Origin: Bacteroidota bacterium
Lineage (GTDB): Bacteria; Bacteroidota; Ignavibacteria; UBA10030; UBA8401
Length of the DNA: 64,000 bases
Direction of reading: 5' to 3'
NCBI GenBank assembly: GCA_035505655.1
Contig: DATJQP010000050.1
Location: 1,253-65,252 of the forward strand
The notes beneath the pieces are model-generated. The model searched no databases. It saw only the letters and a list, made by a program, of their open reading frames with translations, and was not told where the DNA came from. This document shows positions 28,019-41,006 of this stretch, in pieces. Both the position numbers and the translations under genes were made by a program. Numbering within the stretch: position 1 is the stretch's first letter; the number at the start of each line of letters is the position of its first letter.

Positions 28019-28522
28019 TTAGTTCTGGAATAGTTCCTGCAACGACATCCCCCGCTCCGACGCGACACCCTTGGCGTCCCGGAGACTCAGGAGCCCCGCG
28101 AGCGTCGCCTTGACGACGTTGTGCGGGTTCGACGAACCCATCTGCTTCGTCAGGACGTCCTTCACTCCGGCCGATTCGAGGAGAGCGCGGACGCCGCCGC
28201 CGGCGATGAGCCCCGTCCCGGGCGAAGCGGGCTTCAGGAGAACCCTCCCCGCGCCGAACTTTCCGATCACCTCGTGGGGAATCGTTCCGTTGACGATCGG
28301 CACCGTCACGACGTTCTTCTTCGCGTCGTCGATGCCTTTCGAAATCGCGTCGGCCACTTCGTTCGCCTTCCCGAGCCCGATCCCGACATGCCCGTTGCCG
28401 TCTCCGACGACGACGATGGCGTTGAAGCTGAACCGCCGTCCTCCCTTCACAACCTTTGCGACGCGGTTGATGTGGACGAGCTTGTCCTTCAGCTCGAGTT
28501 CGTTTGCCTTGATTCTTGCCAC
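28019..28522 (-). CDS. rpsE: 30S ribosomal protein S5 (GTG start)
   Basis: 167 aa; dsRBD + S5 C-terminal domain. Confidence 0.95.
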   Translation of the reverse strand: MARIKANELELKDKLVHINRVAKVVKGGRRFSFNAIVVVGDGNGHVGIGLGKANEVADAISKGIDDAKKNVVTVPIVNGTIPHEVIGKFGAGRVLLKPASPGTGLIAGGGVRALLESAGVKDVLTKQMGSSNPHNVVKATLAGLLSLRDAKGVASERGMSLQELFQN

Positions 28523-28592
28523 TGGGTGACCTCTTGCCTTCGTAAGTGATGATTGCCCGGGCCTCTCGACGCCCGAGCGTGTTCTACTCCTG

Positions 28593-28663
28593 CTGTCGGG
28601 AGAGGATTCGAACCTCTACAGACGCCTCCAAAGGGCGTTGTCCTGCCATTAGACGACCCGACA
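28593..28663 (-). tRNA. tRNA-Gln (anticodon UUG), 71 nt, CCA not encoded, located between rplR and rpsE inside the spc operon
   Basis: Hand-folded cloverleaf: acceptor TGTCGGG/CCCGACA (U1-A72), U8, D-stem GTCT/GGAC, G18G19, A21, anticodon stem ACGCC/GGCGT, loop CUUUGGA (U33, UUG), T-stem AGAGG/CCTCT, loop TTCGAAT, discriminator G73 as in bacterial tRNA-Gln. Confidence 0.7.
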
Positions 28664-28702
28664 ATGGCGTAAGGCGATTCCTTCCGAGAGCAGGTTGCGT
28701 GT

Positions 28703-29071
28703 TCAGAACTTCAGGCCGCCTTCGCGAGCACCGTCCGCCAAAGCCTTCACCCGGCCATGATACAGCAGGCCGTTCCTGTCGAACACAACGTTCGTGATGT
28801 TCTTTTCGAGCGCCTTCTTCGCGATGATCTTGCCGACGAGGCCGCTCTTCGCTTTCTTCGATTTTATCGCGGCGACCTGTTCCTTCAGCTCTTTCGAGAT
28901 GGAGGAGACCGCCACGAGGGTCTTCCCGGCGGTGTCGTCGATGATCTGGCCGTAGATGTTGCCGAGGCTCCGGTACACCGTCAGCCGCGGGCGCTCGGCA
29001 GTCCCCGAGATCTTCTTCCGGATCGTCGCTTTGATTTTCGCGCGTCGCCGTGTCGTGTCTTTCGTGATCAT
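28703..29071 (-). CDS. rplR: 50S ribosomal protein L18
   Basis: 122 aa. Confidence 0.95.
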   Translation of the reverse strand: MITKDTTRRRAKIKATIRKKISGTAERPRLTVYRSLGNIYGQIIDDTAGKTLVAVSSISKELKEQVAAIKSKKAKSGLVGKIIAKKALEKNITNVVFDRNGLLYHGRVKALADGAREGGLKF

Positions 29072-29113
29072 AGGTCGTTTCTTCTCTCGTCCCTGTTCGT
29101 CGGACTCGGTTTC

Positions 29114-29665
29114 TTACTTCGTCCCGGCTGTCGCTGCCGTCTTGCCGGCCTTCCGCCGGATGTACTCGCCTTCGTACTTGATCCCTTTTCCCTTGTACGG
29201 TTCCGGGGGACGGAGGGATCGGATCTTCGCCGCCACCAGTCCCACGAGCTGCTTGTCGATGCCACTCACCGTGATGTTCGTCTGCGACGGCGCTTCAAGC
29301 TTGATCGTATCGGGGGCGCGGAACACGATCGGGTGCGAATAGCCGAGCGCGAGCTGGAGTACCTTCCCCTTGAGCTCCGCCCGGTATCCCACGCCGACGA
29401 GCTCGAGCTTGCGCGAGAAACCGGCCGTGACGCCGGTGATCATGTTGGCGATGAGCGCGCGGAAAAGCCCGTGAAGCGCCCTGTGCTCCTTGACGTCCGA
29501 GTGACGGGAGACGAGGACGTCCTCCCCTTTCACCTCGACGGTGACGTCGGGATGGATCTGCACCGTCAGCTCGCCTTTCGGGCCGTTGACTTTGACGACG
29601 CCGTTTTTCACTTCAACCTTCACCCCCTTGGGGATGTGAGCGGGTTTTCTGCCGATTCGTGACAC
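29114..29665 (-). CDS. rplF: 50S ribosomal protein L6
   Basis: 183 aa. Confidence 0.95.
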   Translation of the reverse strand: MSRIGRKPAHIPKGVKVEVKNGVVKVNGPKGELTVQIHPDVTVEVKGEDVLVSRHSDVKEHRALHGLFRALIANMITGVTAGFSRKLELVGVGYRAELKGKVLQLALGYSHPIVFRAPDTIKLEAPSQTNITVSGIDKQLVGLVAAKIRSLRPPEPYKGKGIKYEGEYIRRKAGKTAATAGTK

Positions 29666-29711
29666 TGGTGAACTCCTTCGAACTCTGTGCTGAACTGATG
29701 ATGCTGGCCTG

Positions 29712-30107
29712 TTACCAGACGTAAAAGAGGACTTCGCCTCCGACGTTTTCCTTCCGGGCCTGTTTGTCGGTCATGAGCCCCTTCGACGTCGAGACGACCG
29801 CCACGCCGAGACCGTTGTTGACGCGCGGGAGGTCGGCCGCATTCTGATACCTCCTGATGCCGGGGCGGCTGATGCGCCGCAGACCGGTGATGACGCTCTT
29901 TGTGTCGTTGTACTTCAGCATGATGCGGATCATTCCCTGCTTCGCGTCGTCCGCGGTAGTGTAGCTGACGATGAATTTCTGCTCCAGGAGGATGCGCGTG
30001 ATTTCCTTCTTGAGACCGGACGCCGGGACGTCGACCTTCTTGTGCCGAGCGCGAACCGCGTTGCGGACCCGCGTGAGATAATCGGCTATGGGATCGGACA
30101 TTGACAT
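29712..30107 (-). CDS. rpsH: 30S ribosomal protein S8
   Basis: 131 aa. Confidence 0.95.
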   Translation of the reverse strand: MSMSDPIADYLTRVRNAVRARHKKVDVPASGLKKEITRILLEQKFIVSYTTADDAKQGMIRIMLKYNDTKSVITGLRRISRPGIRRYQNAADLPRVNNGLGVAVVSTSKGLMTDKQARKENVGGEVLFYVW

Positions 30108-30156
30108 TGAGTATCGTTCTCCTAGTTAGTGCGATTCGCTACCGTGAACACCCTTC

Positions 30157-30342
30157 CTACCAGCTTGCTTTCGTCACACCCGGGATCTTGCCGTCGAGCG
30201 CCATCCCGCGGAAGCAGAGTCTGCAGACCCCGAACTTCCTGATGTAGGCCCGCGAACGGCCGCAGATGCTGCAGCGGTTGTGCTTCCGTGTCGGATGCTT
30301 CGGCGTCTTCTTCGCTTTGACAACCATCGCTAAACGTGCCAC
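30157..30342 (-). CDS. rpsN: 30S ribosomal protein S14, zinc-binding type Z (61 aa)
   Basis: [20 protein letters not shown] Cys4 motif. Confidence 0.95.
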   Translation of the reverse strand: MARLAMVVKAKKTPKHPTRKHNRCSICGRSRAYIRKFGVCRLCFRGMALDGKIPGVTKASW

Positions 30343-30358
30343 GCACTGCTCCTTATTG

Positions 30359-31006
30359 TTATTTTGCTTTCTGAACCGTATCGCGCTTCACGAAGGGCAT
30401 CCCGAAACCCTTGAGCAATTCCATCGCTTCGAGGTCGGTCTTCGCAGTCGTCACGAATGTGATATCCATTCCGGAGATCTTCGCGACCTTGTCCGCATCG
30501 ATCTCCCTGAAAATGATCTGCTCTTTGATGCCGAGCGTGTAGTTCCCGCGCCCGTCGAACGACTTGTCCGGAACCCCGCGGAAGTCGCGGATCTGCGGCA
30601 TCGCCACGTTGACGAGCCGGTCGAGGAACTCGTACATCTGGCGTCCTCGGAGCGTCACCCGCACGCCGATGGGAACCCCCTGGCGCAGTTTGAAGTTCGA
30701 AATCGCCTTCTTCGCCTTCGTCACGGCGGCCTTCTGCCCCGTGATGAGCTCCATCTCCTTCACGGCGGTCTCGATGAGCTTCGCGTCCTGGGTGGCGCCG
30801 CCGACCCCCATGTTGAGCGAGATCTTTTCGAGGCGCGGCACCTGCATGACGCTCTTATAATTGAAGCGCTTCATGAGGGCGCCGGCAAGATCCTTCTTGT
30901 ACATGTCGAGAAGGCGCGGGTAGACTCCCGCTTCCCTGTGGTGCGCACCCTTCGGTTCTTTCCCCTCCTGTTTCGGTGGCGCTTTCTTTTCCTTTTCTTT
31001 TCCCAT
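30359..31006 (-). CDS. rplE: 50S ribosomal protein L5 with ~27-aa Lys/Glu-rich N-terminal extension
   Basis: Core aligns to L5 from [11 protein letters not shown] onward; only in-frame start upstream of the conserved N-terminus is ATG at 31006. Confidence 0.85.
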   Translation of the reverse strand: MGKEKEKKAPPKQEGKEPKGAHHREAGVYPRLLDMYKKDLAGALMKRFNYKSVMQVPRLEKISLNMGVGGATQDAKLIETAVKEMELITGQKAAVTKAKKAISNFKLRQGVPIGVRVTLRGRQMYEFLDRLVNVAMPQIRDFRGVPDKSFDGRGNYTLGIKEQIIFREIDADKVAKISGMDITFVTTAKTDLEAMELLKGFGMPFVKRDTVQKAK

Positions 31007-31083
31007 TGCTCGTCTGTCGTTGATGGCGTGCTATGTTCATCGCATAGCACCGGTGGTTGCCCCGGATACCCCGGCGGCGTGGA

Positions 31084-31407
31084 TCAAAACATTTCGCCGC
31101 AGTTCCGGCAGATTCTCGTCGATTTCTTCCTGCCCGAGGTGGCGTCGGTGACGTGTTTGTGGCCGACCCTCGTCGGGGTGTTGCATTTCGGGCACTTCAC
31201 CATGACGTTCGACGCGTGGATCGAGGCCTCTTTCTGGACGACGCCTCCCTGCGGATTGCGCTGCGACGGCCGCGTGTGGCGCTTGATAATGTTGACGCCC
31301 TCGACGATGATCCTGTTGGTCGACGGGAACACTTTGAGCACTTTCCCTTCCTTGCTCGCGTTGTTTCCCGACTTTACCACGACGACGTCGTTCTTTCGGA
31401 CATTCAT
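31084..31407 (-). CDS. rplX: 50S ribosomal protein L24 with C-terminal Cys4 zinc-ribbon-like tail
   Basis: KOW domain N-terminus; C-terminus VKCPKCNTPTRVGHKHVTDATSGRKKSTRICRNCGEMF. Confidence 0.9.
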   Translation of the reverse strand: MNVRKNDVVVVKSGNNASKEGKVLKVFPSTNRIIVEGVNIIKRHTRPSQRNPQGGVVQKEASIHASNVMVKCPKCNTPTRVGHKHVTDATSGRKKSTRICRNCGEMF

Positions 31408-31428
31408 AGGAAATCCTCTTGCCTTCGG

Positions 31429-31797
31429 TTACAGCACTTCGGGTGCCAGTGAGACGATCTTCATGAACTGCTTTTCGCGGAGCTCCCGGGCAACGGGGCC
31501 GAAGATGCGCGTTCCCCGCGGCTCGTTGAGCGGCGTGATGAGGACGACCGCGTTCTCATCGAAGCGGATGTACGACCCGTCCTTCCGCCCGACTTCCTTC
31601 TTCGTGCGGACCACGACGGCACGGGAAACCTCTCCCTTCTTTACGCCGGCTCCCGGGATCGCAGACTTTACGGAGACGACGACGAGGTCGCCGACGCTTG
31701 CGTAGCGGCGGTCGTGTCCTCCAAGGACGCGGATACAGCGGACCTTCTTTGCGCCCGAATTATCCGCGACAACGAGATTCGTTTCTTCCTGGATCAT
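31429..31797 (-). CDS. rplN: 50S ribosomal protein L14
   Basis: 122 aa. Confidence 0.95.
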   Translation of the reverse strand: MIQEETNLVVADNSGAKKVRCIRVLGGHDRRYASVGDLVVVSVKSAIPGAGVKKGEVSRAVVVRTKKEVGRKDGSYIRFDENAVVLITPLNEPRGTRIFGPVARELREKQFMKIVSLAPEVL

Positions 31798-31817
31798 GAC
31801 AAACTCCTAACGGTCGA

Positions 31818-32078
31818 TTACTTCGCTTTGGTGACAATTTCGACGAGCCGCCAGCGCTTGTTCTTGCTCATCGGGCGGGTCTCCATGATCCGCACGGTAT
31901 CGCCGAGCCCCGCTTCTCCTTTTTCGTCGTGGGCCATGAGCTTCGTCGTCCGCCGGAAATACTTCTTATAGAGGGCGTGGGGAACGCGCCGCTCGATCGC
32001 GACGACGATGCTTTTCATCATTTTCGTGCTGACGACTTTGCCGACGCGCGTCTTGCGCCGCGTTGTCCTGTTGTTCAT
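31818..32078 (-). CDS. rpsQ: 30S ribosomal protein S17
   Basis: 86 aa. Confidence 0.95.
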   Translation of the reverse strand: MNNRTTRRKTRVGKVVSTKMMKSIVVAIERRVPHALYKKYFRRTTKLMAHDEKGEAGLGDTVRIMETRPMSKNKRWRLVEIVTKAK

Positions 32079-32103
32079 TGGTTGACGGTCTCCGTGTTCC
32101 CGG

Positions 32104-32310
32104 TTATGACTTCGCCGCCGCTTTCCGCTTCCGCTGGGTCAACGCCGTCATCATACGGGCGATGTCGCGGCGGATGAGCCTGAGCTGCGAGGTGTTCTCG
32201 ATCTGCTTCGTCGCCTGCTGGAACTTCATATGCGCGAGCGATTCTCTATCGTCGGCGATGCGTTTCACCAGCTCGGCGTCCGAGAGGTCTTTGATTTCAA
32301 ACGTTTTCAT
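32104..32310 (-). CDS. rpmC: 50S ribosomal protein L29
   Basis: 68 aa. Confidence 0.9.
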   Translation of the reverse strand: MKTFEIKDLSDAELVKRIADDRESLAHMKFQQATKQIENTSQLRLIRRDIARMMTALTQRKRKAAAKS

Positions 32311-32325
32311 GGCATCCGTTCGTCG

Positions 32326-32751
32326 TTATGCGTGAGCGTCGTAATCGATGCGCGTGACAAATTTCGTCTTGATGGGGAGCTTGTGCGCAGCGAGCGTGAG
32401 CGCTTCCTTCGCCATCTCCCTCCGGACCCCGCCGATCTCGAACATCACCCGTCCCGGCTTGATGACGACGACCCAGAACTCCGGATTTCCCTTGCCGCTT
32501 CCCATACGCGTCTCCGCGGGCTTCTTCGTCACCGGCTTGTCGGGGAAGATCCTGATCCAGACTTTCCCTTCGCGCTTCATCATGCGGGTGAGTGCGACGC
32601 GGGAGGCTTCGATCTGACGCTGGGTGATCCATCCCGGCTCGACCGCCTTCAACCCGAAATCGCCGAATGCGATCGTCGCTCCGCGGGTCGCTTTGCCCCG
32701 CATGCGCCCGCGCTGGGCCTTCCGGTACTTGACTCTCTTCGGCATCAACAT
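32326..32751 (-). CDS. rplP: 50S ribosomal protein L16
   Basis: 141 aa. Confidence 0.95.
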   Translation of the reverse strand: MLMPKRVKYRKAQRGRMRGKATRGATIAFGDFGLKAVEPGWITQRQIEASRVALTRMMKREGKVWIRIFPDKPVTKKPAETRMGSGKGNPEFWVVVIKPGRVMFEIGGVRREMAKEALTLAAHKLPIKTKFVTRIDYDAHA

Positions 32752-32793
32752 GGTTCGTGTTCTCCGTTAAATCTTCGTGCACCTGTGGCGCGG

Positions 32794-33432
32794 CTATTTC
32801 GCCGCGTTCCCGAGGACCTCTCCCTTGCAGATCCACACCTTCACGCCGATGAGGCCGTAAATCGTCTGGGCCGTCGCGATGGCGTAGTCGATATCCGCAC
32901 GAAGCGTGTGGAGGGGGATGCGTCCCTCTTTGTATTGTTCGCGCCGCGCCATTTCGGCCCCGCCGAGCCTCCCGCTGCACATGACGCGGACTCCCTCGGC
33001 CCCCATCCTCATCGCGGCGGTGATACCCTGCTTCATCGCCCGGCGGAACGACACCCGCCCTTCGAGCTGCGAGGCGATGTTCTCCGCGACAAGCTGGGCG
33101 TCGAGCTCCGGCCGCTTGATCTCGCTGATGAGAATCTTGACATCCTTGTTCGTGATCTTCTTGAGTTCTTCCTCGAGTTGTGAGATCTCTTTTCCGCTCT
33201 TCCCGATGACGATGCCCGGTCGCGACGTGTGGATCGTGATCCGCGCGTTCTTCGGCGTGCGCTCGATCTGGATCCGGGAGATGCCGGCCTTCTTGAGACG
33301 GTTCCGGACGTAGTTCCTGATCATGACATCTTCGTTGAGTTTCCCCGCGAACCCCTTCTCGTCATACCAGTTCGAATCCCACGTCTTGATGACGCCCAAG
33401 CGAAAGCCCAGCGGATGCGTTTTTTGTCCCAC
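32794..33432 (-). CDS. rpsC: 30S ribosomal protein S3
   Basis: 212 aa, KH domain + S3 C-terminal domain. Confidence 0.95.
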   Translation of the reverse strand: MGQKTHPLGFRLGVIKTWDSNWYDEKGFAGKLNEDVMIRNYVRNRLKKAGISRIQIERTPKNARITIHTSRPGIVIGKSGKEISQLEEELKKITNKDVKILISEIKRPELDAQLVAENIASQLEGRVSFRRAMKQGITAAMRMGAEGVRVMCSGRLGGAEMARREQYKEGRIPLHTLRADIDYAIATAQTIYGLIGVKVWICKGEVLGNAAK

Positions 33433-33486
33433 AGTGTTCTCCTAAAACCGAAAAAGTGAAGTGGTTGCCGTTCTCATCGCGCGATG

Positions 33487-33840
33487 CTACTTTTTCGACT
33501 CGCGTTGTGCCACGACGATCGTGACATGGTTGGATCGTTTCAACATCCTGAACGCCCTTCCCATCGGAGCGGGAAGAATTCTCTTCATCGTCGCGCCGCC
33601 GTCGACCCAGCACTCCTTCACAAAAATATCCTCGGTGTCGATGCGCCCGGCGTCGTCCTTGTTCTGGAGGTTCGAGATCGCCGACCTCAGGACCTTCTCC
33701 GCGGACTTCGAGGCGTGCTTCGGCGAGAAGTGAAGGATGTTGAGCGCTTCGCCGACGGACTTGCCGCGGATGAGGTCGATGACCAGCCGCATCTTCCGCG
33801 GCGAGGTGCCGATGTACTTGTTGACTGCTCGTGCTTCCAT
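33487..33840 (-). CDS. rplV: 50S ribosomal protein L22
   Basis: Start set at MEARAVNKYIGTSPRK (33840); the track's longer ORF overlaps rpsS. Confidence 0.9.
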   Translation of the reverse strand: MEARAVNKYIGTSPRKMRLVIDLIRGKSVGEALNILHFSPKHASKSAEKVLRSAISNLQNKDDAGRIDTEDIFVKECWVDGGATMKRILPAPMGRAFRMLKRSNHVTIVVAQRESKK

Positions 33841-33877
33841 GAAGAAACTCCGGAATCTGTTCGTTCGAAACTTCTGC

Positions 33878-34171
33878 TTACTCTGCCGCCGGTGTCGTCG
33901 TCGCCTCGGTCCGAAGGCCGGGATGGGCGCGGAAGATCCGCGTCGGCGCAAACTCGCCGAGCTTGTGTCCCACCATCGACTCCTGGATGTAGACCGGGAT
34001 GAACTTGTTCCCGTTGTGCACCGCGAAGGTGTGGCCGACAAAGTCCGGGGCAATCGTCGACGACCGGGACCACGTCTTGATGACCTGCTTGCGGTTGCTC
34101 TTGTTCAGCGATTCGACTTTCGCCTGAAGTTTGGGATCGATGAACGGTCCCTTTTTGACGGATCGGCTCAT
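33878..34171 (-). CDS. rpsS: 30S ribosomal protein S19
   Basis: 97 aa. Confidence 0.95.
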   Translation of the reverse strand: MSRSVKKGPFIDPKLQAKVESLNKSNRKQVIKTWSRSSTIAPDFVGHTFAVHNGNKFIPVYIQESMVGHKLGEFAPTRIFRAHPGLRTEATTTPAAE

Positions 34172-34183
34172 AGTGTCTGCTCG

Positions 34184-35008
34184 TTACTTGCGACGTTTGA
34201 CGATGTATTTGCTCGAGATCTTTTTCCGCTTGCGCGTCTTGAGACCTTTCGATTTCTGGCCCCACGGACTTACGGGATGTCCGCCGCCCGAGGTTTTTCC
34301 TTCGCCGCCGCCCATCGGGTGGTCGACGGGGTTCATCGCGACGCCGCGGACGTGGGATCGGATTCCCAACCAGCGCGACCGTCCCGCCTTCCCGACGCTG
34401 ATGTTCTCGTGATCGATATTCCCCAGCATCCCGACGGTGGCGTAGCAGCCGGCGCGCACGTTGCGGACTTCGCCCGAGGGGAACTTCAGAAGGACGAAAT
34501 CCCCTTCCTTCGCCTGGACCGTCGCAAAGTTACCGGCGCTCCGCGCAACCTGGCCCCCTTTGCCTTCACGAATCTCGATGTTGTGGATCTGCGTGTTCAC
34601 GGGGATCACGCGGAGCGGCATCGCGTTGCCGGTCTTGATTTCTACTTCGTTCCCCGCCACGAGCGTGTCTTTGAGCTTGAGCCCTTCGGGGGCGAGAATA
34701 TACCGTTTCTCGCCGTCCGCATAGACGAGGAGAGCAATCCGGGTCGACCGGTTCGGGTCGTACTCGATCGCCGCAACTTTCGCCGGGATGTCCCGCTTGT
34801 CCCTCTTGAAGTCGATGATGCGGTACTTCCGTTTATGGCCGCCCCCGCGGTGCCGGGACGTCACGCGGCCGTAACTGTTGCGGCCGCCGGATTTCTTGAT
34901 CGGTGCGAGCAGCGACTTCTCCGGCGTCGTCTTCGTGATCTCTTCGAACGTCGAGATCGTATAGAAGCGGGTCGCTGCAGTGGTCGGTTTAAGCTTTCGT
35001 AGTGCCAT
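34184..35008 (-). CDS. rplB: 50S ribosomal protein L2
   Basis: 274 aa. Confidence 0.95.
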   Translation of the reverse strand: MALRKLKPTTAATRFYTISTFEEITKTTPEKSLLAPIKKSGGRNSYGRVTSRHRGGGHKRKYRIIDFKRDKRDIPAKVAAIEYDPNRSTRIALLVYADGEKRYILAPEGLKLKDTLVAGNEVEIKTGNAMPLRVIPVNTQIHNIEIREGKGGQVARSAGNFATVQAKEGDFVLLKFPSGEVRNVRAGCYATVGMLGNIDHENISVGKAGRSRWLGIRSHVRGVAMNPVDHPMGGGEGKTSGGGHPVSPWGQKSKGLKTRKRKKISSKYIVKRRK

Positions 35009-35034
35009 AGGTCTGTTCCGTCGCTCGCGGTTTG

Positions 35035-35325
35035 TTACGCGTTTTCGAAGAAGTCGATCTTCTGATCCTTTTTGAGCGTCACGATCGCCTTCTTAAAGTC
35101 GGCCCGTCGGCCTGGGATTCTCCCCCGCCGGGTCATCTGGGCCTTCCGCTTCCCTTTCGAGAGGATCGTCCGCACGCTCTCGACGCTCACGCTGAATTTT
35201 TTCTCCACCGCGCGCTTGATGTCGATCTTGTTCGCTTCGACGTTAACTTCGAACGCGTACTGGCGCTTATCGGCAAGCGCAGTCATTTTCTCGGTAATGA
35301 GGGGGCGTTTGAGAATTGCAGTCAT
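35035..35325 (-). CDS. rplW: 50S ribosomal protein L23
   Basis: 96 aa. Confidence 0.95.
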   Translation of the reverse strand: MTAILKRPLITEKMTALADKRQYAFEVNVEANKIDIKRAVEKKFSVSVESVRTILSKGKRKAQMTRRGRIPGRRADFKKAIVTLKKDQKIDFFENA

Positions 35326-35337
35326 CGTTCGCTCGCC

Positions 35338-35967
35338 TTAATTGGAAAAAGTCTTCTGGAGGACGTCGACGGCGCTCTTCTGGAAAACGAGGACCGCGCT
35401 GTCGACGATTTCGTACGTCGAGGCCTTCGACGCTTCGAGGACATGGAGCTTCGGGATGTTGCGCCCGGACCTCAGGACGTTCTCGTCTTTCTTCGGCACG
35501 AGGAAAAGGACCTTCTTCGAGGCCACCTGGAGCGACTTCAGCACCGCCGCCATCTCTTTCGTCTTCGGGGCATCGAACGTGAAGTCCTCCACGACGACGA
35601 TGCTCGAATCCTTCGCCTTGTACGACAACGCCGACTTCCGGGCGAGCCTCTTCACCTTCACCGGGATCTTCACCTCGTAGTCGTGAGGATGGGGTCCGAA
35701 GATCGTGCCGCCTCCCGCCATAAGGGGAGACCGGCTCGTCCCCTGCCGGGCGCGCCCCGTTTTTTTCTGTGCGAACGGCTTCTTGCCGCCGCCGCGAACG
35801 TCGCCCCGCTCCTTTGTCTGATGCGTTCCCTGCCGCTGGTTCGCCATGTAGGATCGAACCGCCATATAGATGGCGTGATCGTTCGGCTTCATCTCGAAAA
35901 TCTCGGGGGCGAGGGTCACCGTCTCTCCCGATTTCGAGCCGTCCTTCTTCAAGACATCCACTTTCAT
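35338..35967 (-). CDS. rplD: 50S ribosomal protein L4
   Basis: 209 aa. Confidence 0.95.
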   Translation of the reverse strand: MKVDVLKKDGSKSGETVTLAPEIFEMKPNDHAIYMAVRSYMANQRQGTHQTKERGDVRGGGKKPFAQKKTGRARQGTSRSPLMAGGGTIFGPHPHDYEVKIPVKVKRLARKSALSYKAKDSSIVVVEDFTFDAPKTKEMAAVLKSLQVASKKVLFLVPKKDENVLRSGRNIPKLHVLEASKASTYEIVDSAVLVFQKSAVDVLQKTFSN

Positions 35968-35995
35968 TGGTATCGTACCTCTGTCAGGTGACGGA

Positions 35996-36616
35996 TTACT
36001 TTGTGATTTCGACGTAGGTGTTGATCGCGCCCGGAACCGACCCCTTGACGAGGATGAGGTTCGATTCTGGGATCACCTGGACCACGGTGAGGTTCTTCAC
36101 CGTCACGTTGCGGAAGCCCATGCGTCCCGCCATCAACATTCCCTTGAACACGCGGGAGGGGTACGACGAGGATCCGATGGACCCCGGCGCGCGGACGCGG
36201 TCCGACTGCCCGTGCGTCGTCATGCCGACGCCGGAGAAATGATGGCGCCGCACAACGCCCTGGAACCCCTTGCCTTTCGACTTCGCGGTGACGGAGACCT
36301 TGTCTCCCTTCACAAAGAGGTCCACCTTGAGCTCTTTTCCGACCGCGAGGTCGCCGCCTTTGAAATCGCGGAACTCCCTGAGGAGCCGCAGCGACTTCAC
36401 GTTCGCCTTCGCGAAGTGTCCCTTCTCGGGCTTGTTCGTCAGCCGGTCGGGCTTCTCGTCGAAGCCGAGCTGGACAGCCTCATACCCGTCCTTTTCCTTC
36501 GTGCGGATCTGCGTCACATAACAAGGGCCGGCCTCGATGACCGTACACGGAATCGAGACTCCGTTCTCGTCGAAGACGCTCGTCATGCCGACTTTTTTTC
36601 CTAATATGCCACTCAC
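35996..36616 (-). CDS. rplC: 50S ribosomal protein L3
   Basis: 206 aa. Confidence 0.95.
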   Translation of the reverse strand: MSGILGKKVGMTSVFDENGVSIPCTVIEAGPCYVTQIRTKEKDGYEAVQLGFDEKPDRLTNKPEKGHFAKANVKSLRLLREFRDFKGGDLAVGKELKVDLFVKGDKVSVTAKSKGKGFQGVVRRHHFSGVGMTTHGQSDRVRAPGSIGSSSYPSRVFKGMLMAGRMGFRNVTVKNLTVVQVIPESNLILVKGSVPGAINTYVEITK

Positions 36617-36695
36617 AGTGTAAACTCCTTCGGTATCTGCTCTTGTGAGAAACCGGATGATTGCACTTCCCGGGAAAATCTCCCCGATGCGGAAC

Positions 36696-37004
<309 letters not shown>

Positions 37005-37084
37005 GTTGAGCTCCGTGCGAGCCGCCCGATCCCGCCGGGCTTTCCGGCTCCGGCGGGTGGCGCGCTCAATAGTTAAGTCGTTCG

Positions 37085-38296
<1,212 letters not shown>

Positions 38297-38351
38297 GAGG
38301 ATGTCTCCTTACGTATTTGGGAACGATGAGAATGTTTTTCACAGTCACGAA

Positions 38352-40454
38352 CTACGCAGGTACGGCGTCTTTGCCCTTCACCTTTTCGATGATCTGATCC
38401 GAAATCGATTTCGGCGTCTCGTCGTAATGGGAGAACTGCATCGTGTAGAGAGCCCGTCCCTGGGTCATCGAGCGCATTTGCGTTGCGTATCCGAACATCT
38501 CGGAGAGCGGCACCATCGCCTTGACGACCTGCGCATCCTTCCGGGGCGTGATCCCTTCGATCTTGCCGCGCCGTGCGTTGAGGTCGCCCATGACGTCTCC
38601 GAGGTACTCCTCCGGCGTCACGACCTCCACCGCCATGATCGGCTCGAGAATGACCGGGTGAGCTTTCTTTGCCGCGGCCTGGAACGCCATCGATCCGGCG
38701 ATCTTGAACGCCATCTCCGACGAATCAACCTCGTGGTAGGATCCGTCGAAGAGCTTCACTTTGATGTCCTCGACCGGGTATCCTGCGAGGATGCCGTTCT
38801 TCATCGCTTCCTGGATCCCTTCCGAGACCGGCTTGATGAACTCGCGCGGCACAACGCCGCCGACGATCGCGTCCTCGAACTCGTACCCCTTCCCTTTTTC
38901 GTTCGGCTCGAGCTCGATCCAGACGTGGCCGAACTGGCCTTTGCCGCCCGACTGGCGGATAAACTTTCCTTCGGCTTCGACTTTCTTCCGGATCGTCTCC
39001 TTGTACGCAACCTGCGGACGGCCGACGTTCGCCTCGACCTTGAACTCCCGCTTCATCCGGTCGACGATGATCTCGAGGTGAAGCTCTCCCATCCCGCCGA
39101 TGATCGTCTGACCGGTCTCTTCGTTCGTCGAGACGCGGAACGTCGGATCCTCCTCGGAAAGCTTCTGCATCGCCTCGCCCATCTTCTCCTGGTCCGCCTT
39201 CGTCTTCGGCTCGATCGCCTGGTGGATGACCGGCTCCGGGAACGTCATCTTCTCGAGGATGATCGGATCGTCCTCGTCGCAGAGCGTGTCTCCCGTGCGC
39301 GTGTTCTTGAACCCGATTGCCGCGAGGATGTCACCCGAAAATCCTTCATCGACATCTTCCCGGTGGTTCGCGTGCATCCGGAGGACGCGCCCGATCCGCT
39401 CCTTCCTGTCGCTGATGGAATTATAGATGTACGAGCCCGCCTTGACCGACCCGGTGTAGATGCGGAAGTACGTGAGACGTCCGACGAAGGGATCGGTCAT
39501 GATCTTGAACGCCAGCGCCGTAAAATTCTCGTCGTCCTTCACCTTCCGGACGATCATGTCTTTCATGTTCGGGTGATGCCCGGTGATCTCGCCGCCGTTG
39601 ATGTCGATGGGCGACGGAAGAAAATCGACCACCGCGTCGAGGAGCATCTGGACCCCCTTGTTCTTGAAGGAGGATCCGCAGAGAACCGGGACGATGCTCA
39701 CCTTGAGGCATGCCCTCCGGAGGACGGTGATAATTTCGGCCGGCGTGATCTCTTTCCCCTCGAGATATTTCTCAAGCAGGGTGTCGTCTTCGTCGGAGAC
39801 CGCCTCGAGCATCTTTGTGCGGTACTCGGCCGCGAGCTTCTGAAGGTCGTGCGGAATCGGAATATCCTCCCACGTCGTCCCGTTCGATTCCTCGTGGAAG
39901 ATCCGGGCCTGCATCGTGATGAGGTCAATGATGCCGCTGAAGAGGTCCCCCTCGCCGACCGGAAGATGGATCGGGACGGCGTTCGCGCCGAGCCGGCCTT
40001 TCATCATCTGGACGGCCCCGAGAAAATCCGCACCGACGCGGTCCATCTTGTTGACGAACGCAATACGCGGGACGCCGTACTTGTCGGCCTGCCGCCATAC
40101 CGTCTCGGACTGGGGTTCAACCCCGCCGACCGAGCAGAAAAGGGCCACGGCGCCGTCGAGAACTCTCAGCGACCGCTCCACCTCGATCGTGAAGTCGACG
40201 TGTCCGGGGGTATCAATAATATTGATGCGATGATCGCGCCAGAAGCAGGTGGTCGCCGCAGAGGTGATCGTAATGCCACGCTCTTTCTCCTGCTCCATCC
40301 AATCCATCGTCGCCGCTCCGTCGTGGACTTCACCCATCCGATGGAGAACGCCCGTATAGAAGAGGATACGTTCGGTCGTCGTCGTTTTCCCCGCATCAAT
40401 ATGCGCCATGATGCCTATGTTGCGGGTTCGCTCGAGCGAATATTTCCTGGGCAT
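38352..40454 (-). CDS. fusA: elongation factor G
   Basis: 700 aa. Confidence 0.97.
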   Translation of the reverse strand: MPRKYSLERTRNIGIMAHIDAGKTTTTERILFYTGVLHRMGEVHDGAATMDWMEQEKERGITITSAATTCFWRDHRINIIDTPGHVDFTIEVERSLRVLDGAVALFCSVGGVEPQSETVWRQADKYGVPRIAFVNKMDRVGADFLGAVQMMKGRLGANAVPIHLPVGEGDLFSGIIDLITMQARIFHEESNGTTWEDIPIPHDLQKLAAEYRTKMLEAVSDEDDTLLEKYLEGKEITPAEIITVLRRACLKVSIVPVLCGSSFKNKGVQMLLDAVVDFLPSPIDINGGEITGHHPNMKDMIVRKVKDDENFTALAFKIMTDPFVGRLTYFRIYTGSVKAGSYIYNSISDRKERIGRVLRMHANHREDVDEGFSGDILAAIGFKNTRTGDTLCDEDDPIILEKMTFPEPVIHQAIEPKTKADQEKMGEAMQKLSEEDPTFRVSTNEETGQTIIGGMGELHLEIIVDRMKREFKVEANVGRPQVAYKETIRKKVEAEGKFIRQSGGKGQFGHVWIELEPNEKGKGYEFEDAIVGGVVPREFIKPVSEGIQEAMKNGILAGYPVEDIKVKLFDGSYHEVDSSEMAFKIAGSMAFQAAAKKAHPVILEPIMAVEVVTPEEYLGDVMGDLNARRGKIEGITPRKDAQVVKAMVPLSEMFGYATQMRSMTQGRALYTMQFSHYDETPKSISDQIIEKVKGKDAVPA

Positions 40455-40531
40455 AAAACTCCAAATCCCCTGAAACGGTGACAGTGCTCCAAAGCCAGGG
40501 TGAACCTTAGGAACCGGTGACTTGTACTATT

Positions 40532-40999
40532 TTACCACTTGAAATGCGCGAAAGCCTTGTTTGCTTCGGCCATGCGGTGCGTGTCTTCCTTCTTCTTCAC
40601 GGCGTTCCCCTCGCCGTTCGCAGCCGCCATGAACTCCGAGGCCAGCTTCAGCGACATCGCTTTATCCGAACGTTCTTTCGAGTAGTTGATGAGCCAGCGG
40701 ATTGCAAGAGCGGTTCGCCGTTCGGGACGAACTTCTGTAGGGACCTGATAGGTCGCTCCCCCGACTCTCCGTGCACGCACTTCGATGACAGGGGCGACGT
40801 TGTTGACAGCCTTCTTGAACACATCAATCGGATTTGCCTTCGTCCGATCACCAATTACTTGAAGCGCATCGTAGAAGATCGATTGGGCAACGTTCTTTTT
40901 GCCCTGCTTCATAATATTGTTGATGAACCGGGCGACCAAAGGATCGTTAAACTTTGGGTCGTTAATGATGATTCGCTTATTTGCTCTTTTCTTTCTCAT
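40532..40999 (-). CDS. rpsG: 30S ribosomal protein S7
   Basis: Start set at MRKKRANKR (40999) just downstream of rpsL stop. Confidence 0.9.
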   Translation of the reverse strand: MRKKRANKRIIINDPKFNDPLVARFINNIMKQGKKNVAQSIFYDALQVIGDRTKANPIDVFKKAVNNVAPVIEVRARRVGGATYQVPTEVRPERRTALAIRWLINYSKERSDKAMSLKLASEFMAAANGEGNAVKKKEDTHRMAEANKAFAHFKW

Positions 41000-41006
41000 G
41001 AGGTAA

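Noticed and set aside
37005-37084. tuf-rpsJ spacer hairpin (CCCGCCGG...CCGGCGGG) as a strong terminator
   Set aside because: No U-tract. It is probably a read-through or processing structure, so it is not listed as a terminator feature.
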